64,000 nt of DNA from Candidatus Poseidoniaceae archaeon (GCA_049606035.1 JBMYVD010000005.1:2388-66387); one strand, 5' to 3'; shown: positions 52,570 through 63,687, counted from the stretch's first letter. Program-made: numbers and translations. The notes: generated by a model from the letters alone, not told the origin.

Positions 52570-53739
52570 ATGGGAGGTAGTTCTAATCCAGTCTCCCAAG
52601 ATTCAAATCCCTATAATTCGGTTTTAGAAATCAATCCTTGCAGCCTCTCTGGTTTGCTAAAACTCCCTCCTTCCAAAAGTCACTCAATGCGTTGGTTAAC
52701 ACTTGCTAGCATGGATAACAATCCCACAAGAATCTCAATGTGGGAGATCGGCGAAGACGTACAAGCCCTAATCGATTGTCTTTCGAGCCTAGGCATTGAG
52801 TGGGATGGTGAATTAATGAGGGGTGGTGAATTGCGTCAACCAACCTCAACACTCGACTGTAAAAATAGCGGAACTGCTCTAAGATTTTTAATTGGGCAAG
52901 CAGCAACATGTGGTTTCAAAATAGTGTTGGATGGTGACTCAAGCCTTCGAGCAAGGAGTTCCTTACTTCTTCCGAAATCACTCGGTGTTGAAGTTGCTAC
53001 AAAGAGTAATGATTGCGAATATCCCATGGGAATTACGGGACCATTTAATCTCGAATCTGTGGAGATTGACGTCTCAAAAACCTCACAATTTCATTCCTCT
53101 ATATTACTGATGACACCTCGAACCAATGGTTTCTCAATTACCACAAAAGGTGATGCAGTATCCCGAAATCATTCGGATTTAACTTGGGATTTGTGCAAAA
53201 AAACTGGTGCAGAGATTCCAGGTAAACCATGGATTGTATCTTGCCCAGACGTAATCATCCCACCCGATGCTTCGATGATGGCATTTGCGAAATTAGCAAA
53301 TTTGGGTGTTGAAAATGCCCCTGACAGTTCAGATTCAATTGGCCATCTCCTAGACAACACCGAATTAAGGGATTCGAATGACCTAATTACGCCTATGGCG
53401 GCTTGGCTTGCTCTCGGTGAAGGTGGCACAATAACAGGTGCAAAACACGCAGCCTACAAAGAATCGAACCGAATTACTAGGACCGCAGATTTACTTTCTA
53501 AATTTTCAATTATTTCCACAATAAATTCTGATGGATTGTCTATTCCAGGTGGACAACAACCAAAGAGGCCAGATGGAATTGTCGAGACCTATGGTGATCA
53601 TAGGATTCAGATGACTGCAATTTTGTTAGCATCCATCTGTGGTGGATTAGTGGAAGGATCGGATTTACACAAAGTAGCTTGGCCTTCCTATCTTGACCAG
53701 TTGATTGACTGTGGCTTGGATGTGACCGTTCATCCATGA
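52570..53739 (+). CDS. aroA: 3-phosphoshikimate 1-carboxyvinyltransferase (EPSP synthase), short form
   Basis: Supporting motifs are LPPSKSHSMRWL, NSGTALRFL, YKESNR and GDHRIQM. Confidence 0.85.
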   Translation: MGGSSNPVSQDSNPYNSVLEINPCSLSGLLKLPPSKSHSMRWLTLASMDNNPTRISMWEIGEDVQALIDCLSSLGIEWDGELMRGGELRQPTSTLDCKNSGTALRFLIGQAATCGFKIVLDGDSSLRARSSLLLPKSLGVEVATKSNDCEYPMGITGPFNLESVEIDVSKTSQFHSSILLMTPRTNGFSITTKGDAVSRNHSDLTWDLCKKTGAEIPGKPWIVSCPDVIIPPDASMMAFAKLANLGVENAPDSSDSIGHLLDNTELRDSNDLITPMAAWLALGEGGTITGAKHAAYKESNRITRTADLLSKFSIISTINSDGLSIPGGQQPKRPDGIVETYGDHRIQMTAILLASICGGLVEGSDLHKVAWPSYLDQLIDCGLDVTVHP

Positions 53740-55631
53740 CGTCCGAAGTGATGGTCAAGAGCGTTTAGCGGGATTCTCATCGCAGTAGGCCTACCGTGCA
53801 CGCAAGCCCACGGATTAGGGATTCTACGCATATCATCTAGCAATCTTCTCATTTGAGATAAATTCAGTTTATCATTTGCTTTTACAGCACCTCTACAGGC
53901 GTTGAGGAATGCGAGATGGTCTTTCCTTGCTTCGATAGTCTCAATTGGGGCACCATCCTCTGTCATATCTAGAAGTATATCGTGAATAAAGGGCTCTAAT
54001 TCACTAGCTGAAAGAAGTGCTGGGGCGCTGGCTATGCTATATCCTGCTGCTTTCTTTTGTATTACAAATCCAATCTCAGTAAGGTCTCCAATTCTCGCTT
54101 CAAGCCTTGCAATCTGTCTAGCATCAAGTTCCAAGGGGACTGGTGTAATTCTTTCTTGAGGCTGCCAAAGTAACTCGTCATATCTCAGTCTCTCATAACG
54201 TACTCTTTCGTGTAACGCGTGTTGGTCGATTAAAAGCAACTCTTCTCCAGCCTGCACTACGATGTAAGAATCAGCGAATTGAGCCAGTGGCTCCATCTCA
54301 GGTAAATCGTTGATAACAGGGCCCAATGGTTCAGTCTTGTCGATATCCTCTGTATCAAAACCAGCATGCCGGTGTAGATTTCTCTCACCGATAGATAATG
54401 CAGGCGATATTGGTTTGATACCAGTGATGGTTTTTTGTGATGATTCAGGTTGGGAAACAGGTCTAGGTTTCTCCTTCTTTTTTACTTCAAGTGGCTTTTC
54501 ACCAGTCAAAGAGATTTGAGCTGACTGTGCCCATGCTGGTTTCTGAACTACTCTCTTTTCCTCGGTATCTGGAGAAAGGGAAGTGATTCCTGTTATTCCT
54601 CCACTAGATTCAGGTTCTGTGGGGGTGGATTCGAGGGTGTAAGCAATCGAACGCTCCAATCTTTCTAGCACCCGCCAAGAATTCTTCAGACGAACCTCCC
54701 TCTTTGTTGGATGTACGTTTACATCAACTTCACCTCTGGGTAATTCCAACATTAATACAGCAACTGGATGCCTACCCTGCATCAGCCTTGTTCTGTATCC
54801 TCTGCGAATTGATTGTAAAAACGGCTGAGCTGCTACCGGTCTTCCGTTAATCAAGATGTGAATGTCATCCCCTTTTCCCCTCGTAATGTCAGGAGTGGAG
54901 ATCCATCCGCTCCAACTTTCTTCTCCTGGTGCATCAGAGTCTGTAGGCGGAGAAGAAATTGGAATCATTTTACCTGCTTGCCTTCCGAGGACATCGTACA
55001 ACCTGTCTTCGATATCCTCGACTGCGGGGACTTCTAGAATTGTCTTTTCATCACTGATTAATCTGAATCCTACTTCAGGATGACTGATTGCATGAGATAC
55101 TACAACGTCTACAACCCTGCTTGTTTCGGTTGCTGGCCTTCTTTGGAACGCCAACCTTGCAGGTTGCTTTGCAAAAATGTTCGATACTTCGATTACCGTT
55201 CCTTCGGCAATTCCGACAGGTTTTATCTCCGATTTGTCACCATTATCCATCGTTATTTGGCGGCCTTCTGTATTCGCAGGCCTGCTAGATATTGTCAGTT
55301 TGCTGACCATACCAATGCTTGCAAGAGCTTCACCTCTGAATCCGAGTGTCCCAATCTCAGCTAAGTCGCTCTCAGTAGACAACTTGCTAGTAGCGTGTCT
55401 ATCGAGTGATAGAGGTAAATCATCTTCATGAATTCCAGAACCGTTATCGGAGATGCGGATTAAATCAAATCCACCTCTTTCAACCTCTATTGTGATGTTG
55501 TTCGAGCCTGCGTCAATCGAATTTTCAACTAACTCTTTCACTACTTGAGCAGGTCTTTCTACAACCTCTCCTGCTGCTATATGCCCAATAGTCCTGTCAT
55601 CGAGTTGCTTAATTCTGGAAGGATTACTCAT
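53730..55631 (-). CDS. mutL: DNA mismatch repair protein MutL
   Basis: GHKL ATPase motifs are present: IAAGEVVERPAQVVKELVENSIDAG, DNGSGI, GFRGEAL. A C-terminal dimerisation domain follows. The start overlaps the mutS stop (ATGA). Confidence 0.95.
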   Translation of the reverse strand: MSNPSRIKQLDDRTIGHIAAGEVVERPAQVVKELVENSIDAGSNNITIEVERGGFDLIRISDNGSGIHEDDLPLSLDRHATSKLSTESDLAEIGTLGFRGEALASIGMVSKLTISSRPANTEGRQITMDNGDKSEIKPVGIAEGTVIEVSNIFAKQPARLAFQRRPATETSRVVDVVVSHAISHPEVGFRLISDEKTILEVPAVEDIEDRLYDVLGRQAGKMIPISSPPTDSDAPGEESWSGWISTPDITRGKGDDIHILINGRPVAAQPFLQSIRRGYRTRLMQGRHPVAVLMLELPRGEVDVNVHPTKREVRLKNSWRVLERLERSIAYTLESTPTEPESSGGITGITSLSPDTEEKRVVQKPAWAQSAQISLTGEKPLEVKKKEKPRPVSQPESSQKTITGIKPISPALSIGERNLHRHAGFDTEDIDKTEPLGPVINDLPEMEPLAQFADSYIVVQAGEELLLIDQHALHERVRYERLRYDELLWQPQERITPVPLELDARQIARLEARIGDLTEIGFVIQKKAAGYSIASAPALLSASELEPFIHDILLDMTEDGAPIETIEARKDHLAFLNACRGAVKANDKLNLSQMRRLLDDMRRIPNPWACVHGRPTAMRIPLNALDHHFGRHG

Positions 55632-58249
55632 CTCTTACCCTCCAGAATTTTTTGTAAATCGTATATCGCTTCGTGTGCTTGCCTTGGGCTCATTGAATCT
55701 GGGTCAATGTTTGCCAATGCCTTCTTGACTTCTTCTGCAATTGGATCTTTCTCAACTCTAACCTGCGGTTGGCCAACGAAACCCAGCAGTGATGATTGGC
55801 CAGCACTGCGTGCTGTGGGTGCGCCTTTTTCTCCTGCCTTCGCACCATGGGCTTGCCTTTCCAAGAATCCAAGCAGATCATTCGACCGCTCTACTACATG
55901 TCGTGGCAGTCCCGCCAGAGCAGCGACTTGGACTCCGTATGAATCGTCACATGGTCCATCTGCAACCGTGTGTAGGAATTTCAATTCCCCTTCGGATTCA
56001 GCGACCTGAACATGAACATTCACTAGGCCAGGCGCTTCTCCTTCCAATCCTATGAGTTGATGATAGTGTGTTGCAAACAACGTCCTTCCATGAATTCTGT
56101 TACAGATATCTTCTGTTACCGACCAAGCGATTGATAGTCCGTCAAATGTCGATGTACCTCTTCCTATTTCGTCAAGCAAAATCAGAGATTTATCTGTAGC
56201 CCTCTTTAGAATGTGAGCCACCTCCATCATTTCCATCATGAATGTAGAACGCCCTCTCCTTATGTCATCAGACGCTCCAACTCTCGTGAATATCCTATCA
56301 ACCAAGCCAACATGGGCGCTATCTGCAGGAACGAAAGAACCAGCCTGGGCAAGGACAGAGAGTAATGCAGCACACCTCAAGTGTGTGGATTTACCGCCCA
56401 TATTGGGCCCTGTTATCAATAGGAATTTCCGTTTCTTATCCAATTTTACATCATTTGGAACAAAGCCATTCTGTACCTCTAGAACGGGATGACGTAATCC
56501 CTTTGCAATCAGTCTCGAATCATCGTGGATTACAGGTCTGGTCCATGAACGATTTCGTGCGATTTCAGCAAAGCACTGAAGGGTGTCTATTTGCGCTACG
56601 CAAGAACTAATCATGCCCAGAGTCCGTGATTTTTCTTTGCATCTGTCTCTCAAATCTCTGAACATGTTATACTCAATTGCATTCGCTTTTGTCGCCGCAG
56701 TAACCAACTTGTCCTCCCACTCAACAAGTTCGTCTGTAACATACCTATTCCCATTGGTCATTTGTTGTCTTCTATTCCAATCCTCTGGAACCTTTCCAAG
56801 ATGTGTTTTTGTTACTTCAATATACCAACCGATTTGTCTGTTATGTCTGACTTTTAGAGACGGGATTTCTAATCTTGCTCTTTCCCTTATTTCTAGGTCT
56901 TTGAACCACTTGTGACCGACAGCAGCAGCATCTCTCAACTCATCCAATTTCTTGTCAATCCCCTCTCTAATTATTCCCCCGTCTCTCATCGAGAGAGGTT
57001 GTTCATCATTCAGGTTTGCTTGGATATCAATTCGCATAGTCTCCAATACATCTAGGTCATTGGATAATTTGTTCAATAGAGAGTCGTCTACCTCACTGCA
57101 AATTGCCTTCAACCTAGGCATCCTTTCAAGGGCTAGCCCAATTGCTACTAGGTCACGTCCTCCTGAACGGTTGTAGGATAATTGTGTGGCCAGTCTCTCC
57201 ATATCTCTTAGTCCCTTGAGACATTCCCTCAACTCATCCAGTCTTCTCGATGACCTAGCGATTGAAGCAACAGCATCTTGCCTCTCTTCAATCGCTTCTT
57301 TTTGTGCAAGAGGTCTCAATATCCACTGCTTTAGTGTCCTTCTTCCCATAGATGTGCGACACTTATCAATCGCACCGAGTAGAGAACCTTCTTTTTCTCC
57401 AGATAGAGTTTGAGTTAACTCTAGGTTTCTGAGAGTAGTTTGGTCTAAGATCATGTTTCCATCAGGCTGCATTATCTCGACTTCTTTGAAGTCGATTGAA
57501 TCAACTATGTGCATTGCTGCAAGATAATCAGCCGCAAGTCCAGCAGCTTCCATTGCAAGCGGAGAATCTCCAAGGTCAATATGTCCTAAGTCAGCAACTT
57601 CAAGTATACTTTTCAGAGCATCTTGCCCTTTTCGATTTGAGGAAGAATGTTGTGAAAGAGTTACTCCATCTAGTTGAGAAATCACTGCCCTAAGACTCTC
57701 TTTTTCAGCATCTCTTGGTGAGAAAATCAGTTCTTTTGGATTACTGCGCAATAAATCATCAAGCAGTCTAGACCATCTTTCATCGCCATGGTGTTCCATA
57801 GTCCAGACATGACCTGTCGATGCGTCAAGTATCGCTAGCCCTAATCCCTCTCCCTTGATTGAGATGGCTGCCAAACCTGCAACATCATCCGTGCCAATCA
57901 GACTTTCTTCGTAAAGGGAACCGGGCGTGTAAACTCTTGTAACCACTCTTTCCAGTAGTTTAGCACCTTCTCTGAGTTCTTCTTCTTGTTCAGCAACACA
58001 TACTTTGTAACCGGCTTGCAACATAACTCTAAGGTTATCTTCAAGGGCATGCCACGGAAATCCTGCCATTGGAATTGGTTCTGCAGCCTTCTTGTCCCTG
58101 CTAGTTAGGGCAAGCCCAAGCACTTCTGATGCGACTACCGCATCGTCATGGAATTGTTCGTAGAAGTCGCCCATGCGGAAGAAGAGTACTGAATCTGAGT
58201 GTTCAGCTTTGATGTCCATATACTGGTCCATCATCCCTCTTTTTGCCAT
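55628..58249 (-). CDS. mutS: DNA mismatch repair protein MutS
   Basis: MMDQYMDIK...FFRMGDFYE contains the Phe-x-Glu mismatch motif. Walker A is GPNMGGKST, and DEIGRGTST and a C-terminal HTH are present. The start was moved from 58288 to ATG 58249 (MAKRGMMDQY). Confidence 0.95.
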   Translation of the reverse strand: MAKRGMMDQYMDIKAEHSDSVLFFRMGDFYEQFHDDAVVASEVLGLALTSRDKKAAEPIPMAGFPWHALEDNLRVMLQAGYKVCVAEQEEELREGAKLLERVVTRVYTPGSLYEESLIGTDDVAGLAAISIKGEGLGLAILDASTGHVWTMEHHGDERWSRLLDDLLRSNPKELIFSPRDAEKESLRAVISQLDGVTLSQHSSSNRKGQDALKSILEVADLGHIDLGDSPLAMEAAGLAADYLAAMHIVDSIDFKEVEIMQPDGNMILDQTTLRNLELTQTLSGEKEGSLLGAIDKCRTSMGRRTLKQWILRPLAQKEAIEERQDAVASIARSSRRLDELRECLKGLRDMERLATQLSYNRSGGRDLVAIGLALERMPRLKAICSEVDDSLLNKLSNDLDVLETMRIDIQANLNDEQPLSMRDGGIIREGIDKKLDELRDAAAVGHKWFKDLEIRERARLEIPSLKVRHNRQIGWYIEVTKTHLGKVPEDWNRRQQMTNGNRYVTDELVEWEDKLVTAATKANAIEYNMFRDLRDRCKEKSRTLGMISSCVAQIDTLQCFAEIARNRSWTRPVIHDDSRLIAKGLRHPVLEVQNGFVPNDVKLDKKRKFLLITGPNMGGKSTHLRCAALLSVLAQAGSFVPADSAHVGLVDRIFTRVGASDDIRRGRSTFMMEMMEVAHILKRATDKSLILLDEIGRGTSTFDGLSIAWSVTEDICNRIHGRTLFATHYHQLIGLEGEAPGLVNVHVQVAESEGELKFLHTVADGPCDDSYGVQVAALAGLPRHVVERSNDLLGFLERQAHGAKAGEKGAPTARSAGQSSLLGFVGQPQVRVEKDPIAEEVKKALANIDPDSMSPRQAHEAIYDLQKILEGKR

Positions 58250-58351
58250 CAGTACACATCCGTCGCTTGCGCTAGGCTTACACGACATTTGAGGGGGTTC
58301 GTAAATACTGCCCTTGATTTATGTTGAAGAAGTTGATTGATTGAATAAATA

Positions 58352-59497
58352 TCAGAAAACTTCTCCCCTGCGTATTGCATCGGTGATATTCCAACCCATG
58401 ATGGATAAAATCAGCAGAGAAACGAGAATAAATCCGAGGTCTAAAATTCCTCTAAGGCTTGTGATTGAGGTTCTTGCATTACTGTCTATAGAAAAAGCAG
58501 AAACTTCGTCAGAATAATCTGAGCCATGTACAGAAATCATTCCGTCCTCATCACATGTTGCATATGTTGGGGTAATTTTCAACGGCTCGGGTAATTTCTC
58601 GACTTTGATTTCACTTCCGGAAATAATTGCAACAGTTTTGGAGCCGATATCTCCGAACAGCCAAACATTCCCATTCTTGTCATCTGTTGCAACTCGACTC
58701 GAAATCCCAATCGTTTCAACACTCTTTTCAGAGATTAGGTAAGTATCTGAAGTCCCTGTTGCTAGGTAACCATCTTCGGTTTCGAATAGGCCATGAATTA
58801 CACCTTCTCCTCCAACGTGAACAACCTCTATCGCAGGAGCTGCAATACCGTCCCAGGTGGCCTCAATAATCAATTCATATTTTGGTGGAGATGCGGGATT
58901 GGAACCCAGCCAATTCGGTGGTGCTTGCCAAGATCCACCGATTAACCATCCCTCCTCGGTTGGAATGATTGTGTCCAGATACATGGTCTCCTCAAATTCA
59001 CTAACAATTGGCTGTGGATTTGAATCGCCATACCACATTGCTGCGAGAGAGTCGCTGGTTCCATCCTGAACAATCAGAAGTAATGCCAAACCATTGCCCG
59101 AAATTTGAGATGCAGTGAGGTTTTCTCCAATGCTAAATTGACACCACTCAGTATCACACTCGTCTCCTCCATCGCCAATGAAAGCCACCATCCCTTCAGT
59201 TCCAAGACATGCTAGTGTCAAATCTCCATACTCTTCGAGGCAAGTAGCGTACTGTGCAGAGTTTTCTTGACCCTTGTAATTGATGATATTCCCTTCTTCG
59301 CTCTGATACAGAACAGAATCATCTGTAGAGTCCATTACAAGTCCATTGACTCCCAGCGAACTTCCTTCTTGTACACCTGATAAATCGCCCGACCAATCGA
59401 TTAATATCGAGCCAATAATCACGATTATACTGAAGGCTGCAAAAGATAACCATTGGTGCTCAGATTCTTCTTCGAGGAGCCTGCGCCAGCCTGACAT
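58352..59497 (-). CDS. Membrane protein anchored at both termini, repeat/beta-rich ectodomain, unknown function
   Basis: The 381-aa ORF has an N-terminal TM helix (LSFAAFSIIVIIGSILI) and a C-terminal TM helix (LGFILVSLLILSIMGW). I recognise no family. Confidence 0.5.
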   Translation of the reverse strand: MSGWRRLLEEESEHQWLSFAAFSIIVIIGSILIDWSGDLSGVQEGSSLGVNGLVMDSTDDSVLYQSEEGNIINYKGQENSAQYATCLEEYGDLTLACLGTEGMVAFIGDGGDECDTEWCQFSIGENLTASQISGNGLALLLIVQDGTSDSLAAMWYGDSNPQPIVSEFEETMYLDTIIPTEEGWLIGGSWQAPPNWLGSNPASPPKYELIIEATWDGIAAPAIEVVHVGGEGVIHGLFETEDGYLATGTSDTYLISEKSVETIGISSRVATDDKNGNVWLFGDIGSKTVAIISGSEIKVEKLPEPLKITPTYATCDEDGMISVHGSDYSDEVSAFSIDSNARTSITSLRGILDLGFILVSLLILSIMGWNITDAIRRGEVF

Positions 59498-59613
59498 TGT
59501 GACACGCTAAACATAGTCCAAACATGACCTTTACTCTTGTAGCAAGCAAAAAAATGCAATCGGTATGGTCATATAGGGACGGTGGGTCGCAAACTCGCCC
59601 GGAGGTATCAAGC

Positions 59614-60153
59614 ATGGCACGTAAGCCCGCAAAGATGTACCGCAGACTGAAAGGTCCAGCATATACTCGACGCAAGTATATCGGTGGTGTTCCTAACAAC
59701 AGAATTATGCAATTCCATGTTGGAAACCGCCGTGCTGCTGAGACAGGGCAGTTCCTCATGGAACTGAACCTTATCGCTGATGAGTCTTGCCAAATCAGAC
59801 ACACAGCCCTAGAAGCAGCACGTGTTATCTCTAACTCAACCATCCGTAAGGCTGCTGGTGCACAGAACTATGCACTGAGAATCCACACTTACCCTCATCA
59901 CGTTTTGAGAGAGAACAAACAGGCTACTGGTGCAGGTGCTGACCGTGTATCTCAAGGAATGAGATGTGCATTCGGAAAGAATGTTGGAACCGCAGCTAGA
60001 GTAAAGCGTGGCCAAAGAATCATCTCCCTCAAGTTCACTCCAGAACACTACCTAGTCGCAAAAGACGCTCTTCGCAAGGCTAGTATGAAGTTCCCAACTC
60101 CATGTACAACCAAGCTAATCTCAGGACACGAGCACGTCAAGGGACTTGTTTGA
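59614..60153 (+). CDS. rpl10e: 50S ribosomal protein L10e (uL16)
   Basis: MARKPAKMYRRLKGPAYTRRKYIGGVPNNRI is the archaeal/eukaryal L10e N-terminus. ATG 59614 lies 7 nt after a GGAGGT SD. The ORF track start 59524 is rejected. Confidence 0.95.
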   Translation: MARKPAKMYRRLKGPAYTRRKYIGGVPNNRIMQFHVGNRRAAETGQFLMELNLIADESCQIRHTALEAARVISNSTIRKAAGAQNYALRIHTYPHHVLRENKQATGAGADRVSQGMRCAFGKNVGTAARVKRGQRIISLKFTPEHYLVAKDALRKASMKFPTPCTTKLISGHEHVKGLV

Positions 60154-60157
60154 TACA

Positions 60158-60196
60158 CGACCTCCGGTCGGTATTGCATTCGCCTCCAATGGGCGA
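60158..60196 (+). terminator. Two weak stem-loops after rpl10e (possible terminator/processing site)
   Basis: The stem-loops are CGACC-tcc-GGTCG (60158-60170) and TCGCC-tccaatg-GGCGA (60180-60196), followed by TTTA. The stems are only 5 bp and no long oligo-T follows. Confidence 0.2.
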
Positions 60197-60263
60197 TTTA
60201 AGCCATATTTAACCGGCTGATTGATGAACATAATGTTCAACCACATAACTAGGCGGGATTATT

Positions 60264-62042
60264 TTGCGAGTAGCAGTTCTGAAGGAAGACAATTGTCAAC
60301 CAAAGAAATGCATGGATGAATGTATGACATTCTGCCCCCCAGTAAGGAATGGGCAAGAATGCGTTGTCATGGATGAATCAACAGGCAAACCGCATATCTC
60401 TGAGTCGCTTTGTATTGGTTGTGGAATTTGTGTAAACAAGTGTCCTCATGATGCACTAATTATCACTCAATTACCTGCTGAATTGGAAAGTGATATGATA
60501 CACAGGTACTCATTGAACGGATTCAGGCTATTCAGACTACCAACTCCATCAAAGGAATCAGTTGTTGGTATACTCGGGCCCAACGGTATGGGTAAGTCTA
60601 CGGCTTTCAATATCCTATCTGGTTCAATAATCCCAAACTTGGGTGACTTTGAAGCAGATGAAGTCTGGTGGGAAGACGTAATCTCTAGTCTTCCTAGAGG
60701 TGAGTTGAGAGATTTCTTAGTGGATGTTAGCGAATCAGATGTCACAGTTGCGCTAAAGCCACAATATGTTGACCACATACCAAAAGCCGTCAAAGGCAAA
60801 GTCGGACAATTGCTCTCATCTGTCGATGAGAGAGGCGTCTATGAAGAGATGATCCAAAAACTCGGAATTGACCATCTTCTTGAGAGAAATCTTGACCAAT
60901 TGTCCGGAGGGGAACTTCAACGTGTTGCAATATGTGCTACGCTGTTAAAGCAAGCAGATGTTTACTTCTTTGATGAACCATCATCATATCTTGACATTCA
61001 TGAGAGAATGAGAATCGTGAAAATTATTCAGGAGTTATCTGAAAACGCTCGGGTTATTGTTATCGAACACGACTTAGCAGTTCTAGATGTTCTAGCAGAC
61101 TTGATTCACATTGTTTACGGAAAGAAAGGAGCGTTTGGAATATTCACGCCTGCTAGATCGACTAGACAGGCAATCAATGCTTATCTTGACGGATTCTTGG
61201 TAGAGCAGAACGTCAGAATTAGGGACAAGCCAATTAAGTTCCAAACCCACACAGACAGGTCTAATGAACTTGGAAACCCGGTTGTTGAATGGGGTGATAT
61301 TGAGAAGTCACTAGGAAATTTCAATCTAAAAACCGGACAAGGAAAAGTCCACCAAGCAGAGGTCGTAGGTGTAGTAGGACCAAATGGAACTGGAAAATCC
61401 ACTATGATCAAAATCTTGGCTGGTGAGCACGAATACGATGAAGGATGGGTTACTGCAGACGCATCGATCTCATACAAGCCTCAACATATTGACACCGATA
61501 TGGATTGTACAGTACAAACTTGGCTAGATGCAGAGGTTGGTCCAAAATGGAGAAGCGGGGAATACAACGTTAACGTAATTCGCGCTCTTGGTGTAGACGA
61601 GTTACTTGCCAAGCAAGTCAACAATTTGTCTGGTGGAGAAGCTCAAGCTGTGGCAATTTCGATTTGTCTTGGCAGAGAGGCAGATTTGTATCTTCTTGAC
61701 GAACCTAGTGCACACCTAGATGCAAATGCAAGAATGGAGGCTGCAAAGGCTATTCGCAGAACTATGGAGTCAAATGAAAAGGCAGCCTTCGTCATCGACC
61801 ACGATGTATATTTCATCGACATAGTTTCAGATTCACTACTAGTTTTCGAAGGCGAAGGCGGAAAACACGGTATGGCAGAAGGACCATTCCAACTTAGAAC
61901 AGGAATGAATAGATTCTTGGGTGGTGTAGACGTAACCTTCCGCCGAGACCATGATTCTAAGCGCCCAAGAATAAACAAGCAAGCCAGTAGGAAGGATAGA
62001 GAGCAGCGTGCTAAAGGCGATTACTACTCATTCGATTCTTGA
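60264..62042 (+). CDS. abce1: ABCE1 / RNase L inhibitor (ribosome recycling factor)
   Basis: The N-terminal CQPKKC...CPP and CIGCGICVNKCP motifs form the 2x[4Fe-4S] domain. Two ABC cassettes are present (GPNGMGKST, LSGGELQR; GPNGTGKST, LSGGEAQ). A TTG start is required to include the conserved MRVAV..D.C N-terminus. Confidence 0.95.
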   Translation: MRVAVLKEDNCQPKKCMDECMTFCPPVRNGQECVVMDESTGKPHISESLCIGCGICVNKCPHDALIITQLPAELESDMIHRYSLNGFRLFRLPTPSKESVVGILGPNGMGKSTAFNILSGSIIPNLGDFEADEVWWEDVISSLPRGELRDFLVDVSESDVTVALKPQYVDHIPKAVKGKVGQLLSSVDERGVYEEMIQKLGIDHLLERNLDQLSGGELQRVAICATLLKQADVYFFDEPSSYLDIHERMRIVKIIQELSENARVIVIEHDLAVLDVLADLIHIVYGKKGAFGIFTPARSTRQAINAYLDGFLVEQNVRIRDKPIKFQTHTDRSNELGNPVVEWGDIEKSLGNFNLKTGQGKVHQAEVVGVVGPNGTGKSTMIKILAGEHEYDEGWVTADASISYKPQHIDTDMDCTVQTWLDAEVGPKWRSGEYNVNVIRALGVDELLAKQVNNLSGGEAQAVAISICLGREADLYLLDEPSAHLDANARMEAAKAIRRTMESNEKAAFVIDHDVYFIDIVSDSLLVFEGEGGKHGMAEGPFQLRTGMNRFLGGVDVTFRRDHDSKRPRINKQASRKDREQRAKGDYYSFDS

Positions 62043-62054
62043 GGTGTTGTAAAC

Positions 62055-63659
62055 ATGCCAGCCCAGGTGCCTCCAGAAGCCCAATCTATTGGTAGGGCGA
62101 GAGGCAGACTTTCAGCATCATCACTCACCACCTTTCAAAGATGTGAAAAGCAGTGGTTTCTGAATTACAGAATTGGGTTGCGAGGACCATTGTCACCTCA
62201 TCAAGTAATGGGTATTGAAGTCGAGGATTCATTCTGTTCAATACTCATGCAAAGGGCTCCTGTTGTAAATTCTATAGAGGAATTGAGAATTTGGGCTGAG
62301 AGTTTAATCGAAGACCACGCCAAAGAGGCTCTTGAGAATGGGAGAACTGTATTTGATGACGCAATGTGGTCTAGAGGGGACTTCGATGAATCATTTGATT
62401 TGGAGTTAGTTTCCCAAATGTTGCGAAATGGGATCTCTCTACAATTAGAGGAAGTGCAAGCTTGCTATGATGCCGGCGGTGGGGTCCATGAGTTCGACAT
62501 TCCTGCTCCTTGCTGGGATTCTCCTCCACATTTTACTCAACCAGAAAAAGCAAACAGCATGATTTCTTGGAAAGATGAGCCTCATGAGTTTGCTAAGGAA
62601 ATCACTTGGCAAGATGCTTGGGAAATCGCTCGTCCTTGGGTAAAGGACCCAAGAAATCCAGAACCACAGCGAATGTACCATCAAGACAAATGGGCTGCTG
62701 GTGAGTGTGACCTAGTGCTAAGGTGGGATGGAAGAACTCGTATAGTAGACATAAAAATGGGGGATGGTGAAGGTAAATTCGCAACATCACTGGCGAGTCA
62801 GTTGAATTTCTATGCGTGGTTGTGGAATGAAACTCATGACACAAAATGCGACGGCTTAGAAGGTTGGTATCTAACGAATGGACTTAGGAAGATTATCGAC
62901 GTTAACCCATTGACAACAAGTGAATACAGAAGTATCCACGATAGAATGAAAGGATGGAGCACTGACAATCAATTCCCTCTAGATTCACCATGTGATGGTG
63001 AGGCAGGTGGATGCTATTGGTGTTCAATTTCAGAGGTAGAGTATTCTGTTCCAAAAATCAGTATGCCTTGCGAGCCATTGTCTGCAATTCCTTCAAGAGT
63101 GAATGTCAAAGGTAGACTGCAAGGGGCTTGGGGGCCGTTGCCGAATCATTATGGTGAGCCGGTATTAGGTGCAATGATCAAAGCAGGGGACAAGATGGTG
63201 ACTCTAGAAGAAAGCCAACCTAATTCATATCCTGCTATGCACGATTCGCCGCAAGACGATGTCGTCATCGTCGGAGCACTTCCCGGTGTTTGGAGAGGCC
63301 AGCCTCGACTGTATCTCGACGAATCCTCATCTATCGAGACAGAATCAGAACTCGAACTTACTAGAATGGGGATGCTGAGAACCAAAGCAAATGTCCAAGG
63401 TATTGTGCTATCTTGTTCGAAGAGGGATGGAAAAAGAAGTGACGGAAGGCCATGGTCGATGCTGTCATTCCATCTTTGGGATGGAGAAAGGGTTGCTGAA
63501 GTCGTTGCTTTTGGTTCAGCGATTAACGGCACACTACTCTCGATTAGCCCCGGATGTGAAGTTAAGATCACATCTGCAGAGCTAGGATGGAGAGAAGGAT
63601 TGGTTCAACTTAGGATTGATTCGAGAACAACTAGAATTGAAATCAAATCGAAGGCTTGA
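62055..63659 (+). CDS. Cas4/AddB-like Fe-S PD-(D/E)XK nuclease fused to two C-terminal OB-fold-like modules
   Basis: The LSASSLTTFQRCEKQWFLNY N-terminal Cys block is present. Nuclease motifs are ECDLVLR (D219), RIVDIK (D232-x-K234) and QLNFY. The Cys triad C313-x6-C320-x2-C323 completes a 4-Cys arrangement with C30. Residues about 345-530 contain two barrel-like segments (VNVKGRLQG..., ANVQGIVLS...VKITSAEL...). Confidence 0.65.
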   Translation: MPAQVPPEAQSIGRARGRLSASSLTTFQRCEKQWFLNYRIGLRGPLSPHQVMGIEVEDSFCSILMQRAPVVNSIEELRIWAESLIEDHAKEALENGRTVFDDAMWSRGDFDESFDLELVSQMLRNGISLQLEEVQACYDAGGGVHEFDIPAPCWDSPPHFTQPEKANSMISWKDEPHEFAKEITWQDAWEIARPWVKDPRNPEPQRMYHQDKWAAGECDLVLRWDGRTRIVDIKMGDGEGKFATSLASQLNFYAWLWNETHDTKCDGLEGWYLTNGLRKIIDVNPLTTSEYRSIHDRMKGWSTDNQFPLDSPCDGEAGGCYWCSISEVEYSVPKISMPCEPLSAIPSRVNVKGRLQGAWGPLPNHYGEPVLGAMIKAGDKMVTLEESQPNSYPAMHDSPQDDVVIVGALPGVWRGQPRLYLDESSSIETESELELTRMGMLRTKANVQGIVLSCSKRDGKRSDGRPWSMLSFHLWDGERVAEVVAFGSAINGTLLSISPGCEVKITSAELGWREGLVQLRIDSRTTRIEIKSKA

Positions 63660-63687
63660 ATAGACTCCATTCACGGCTTAGCCAATC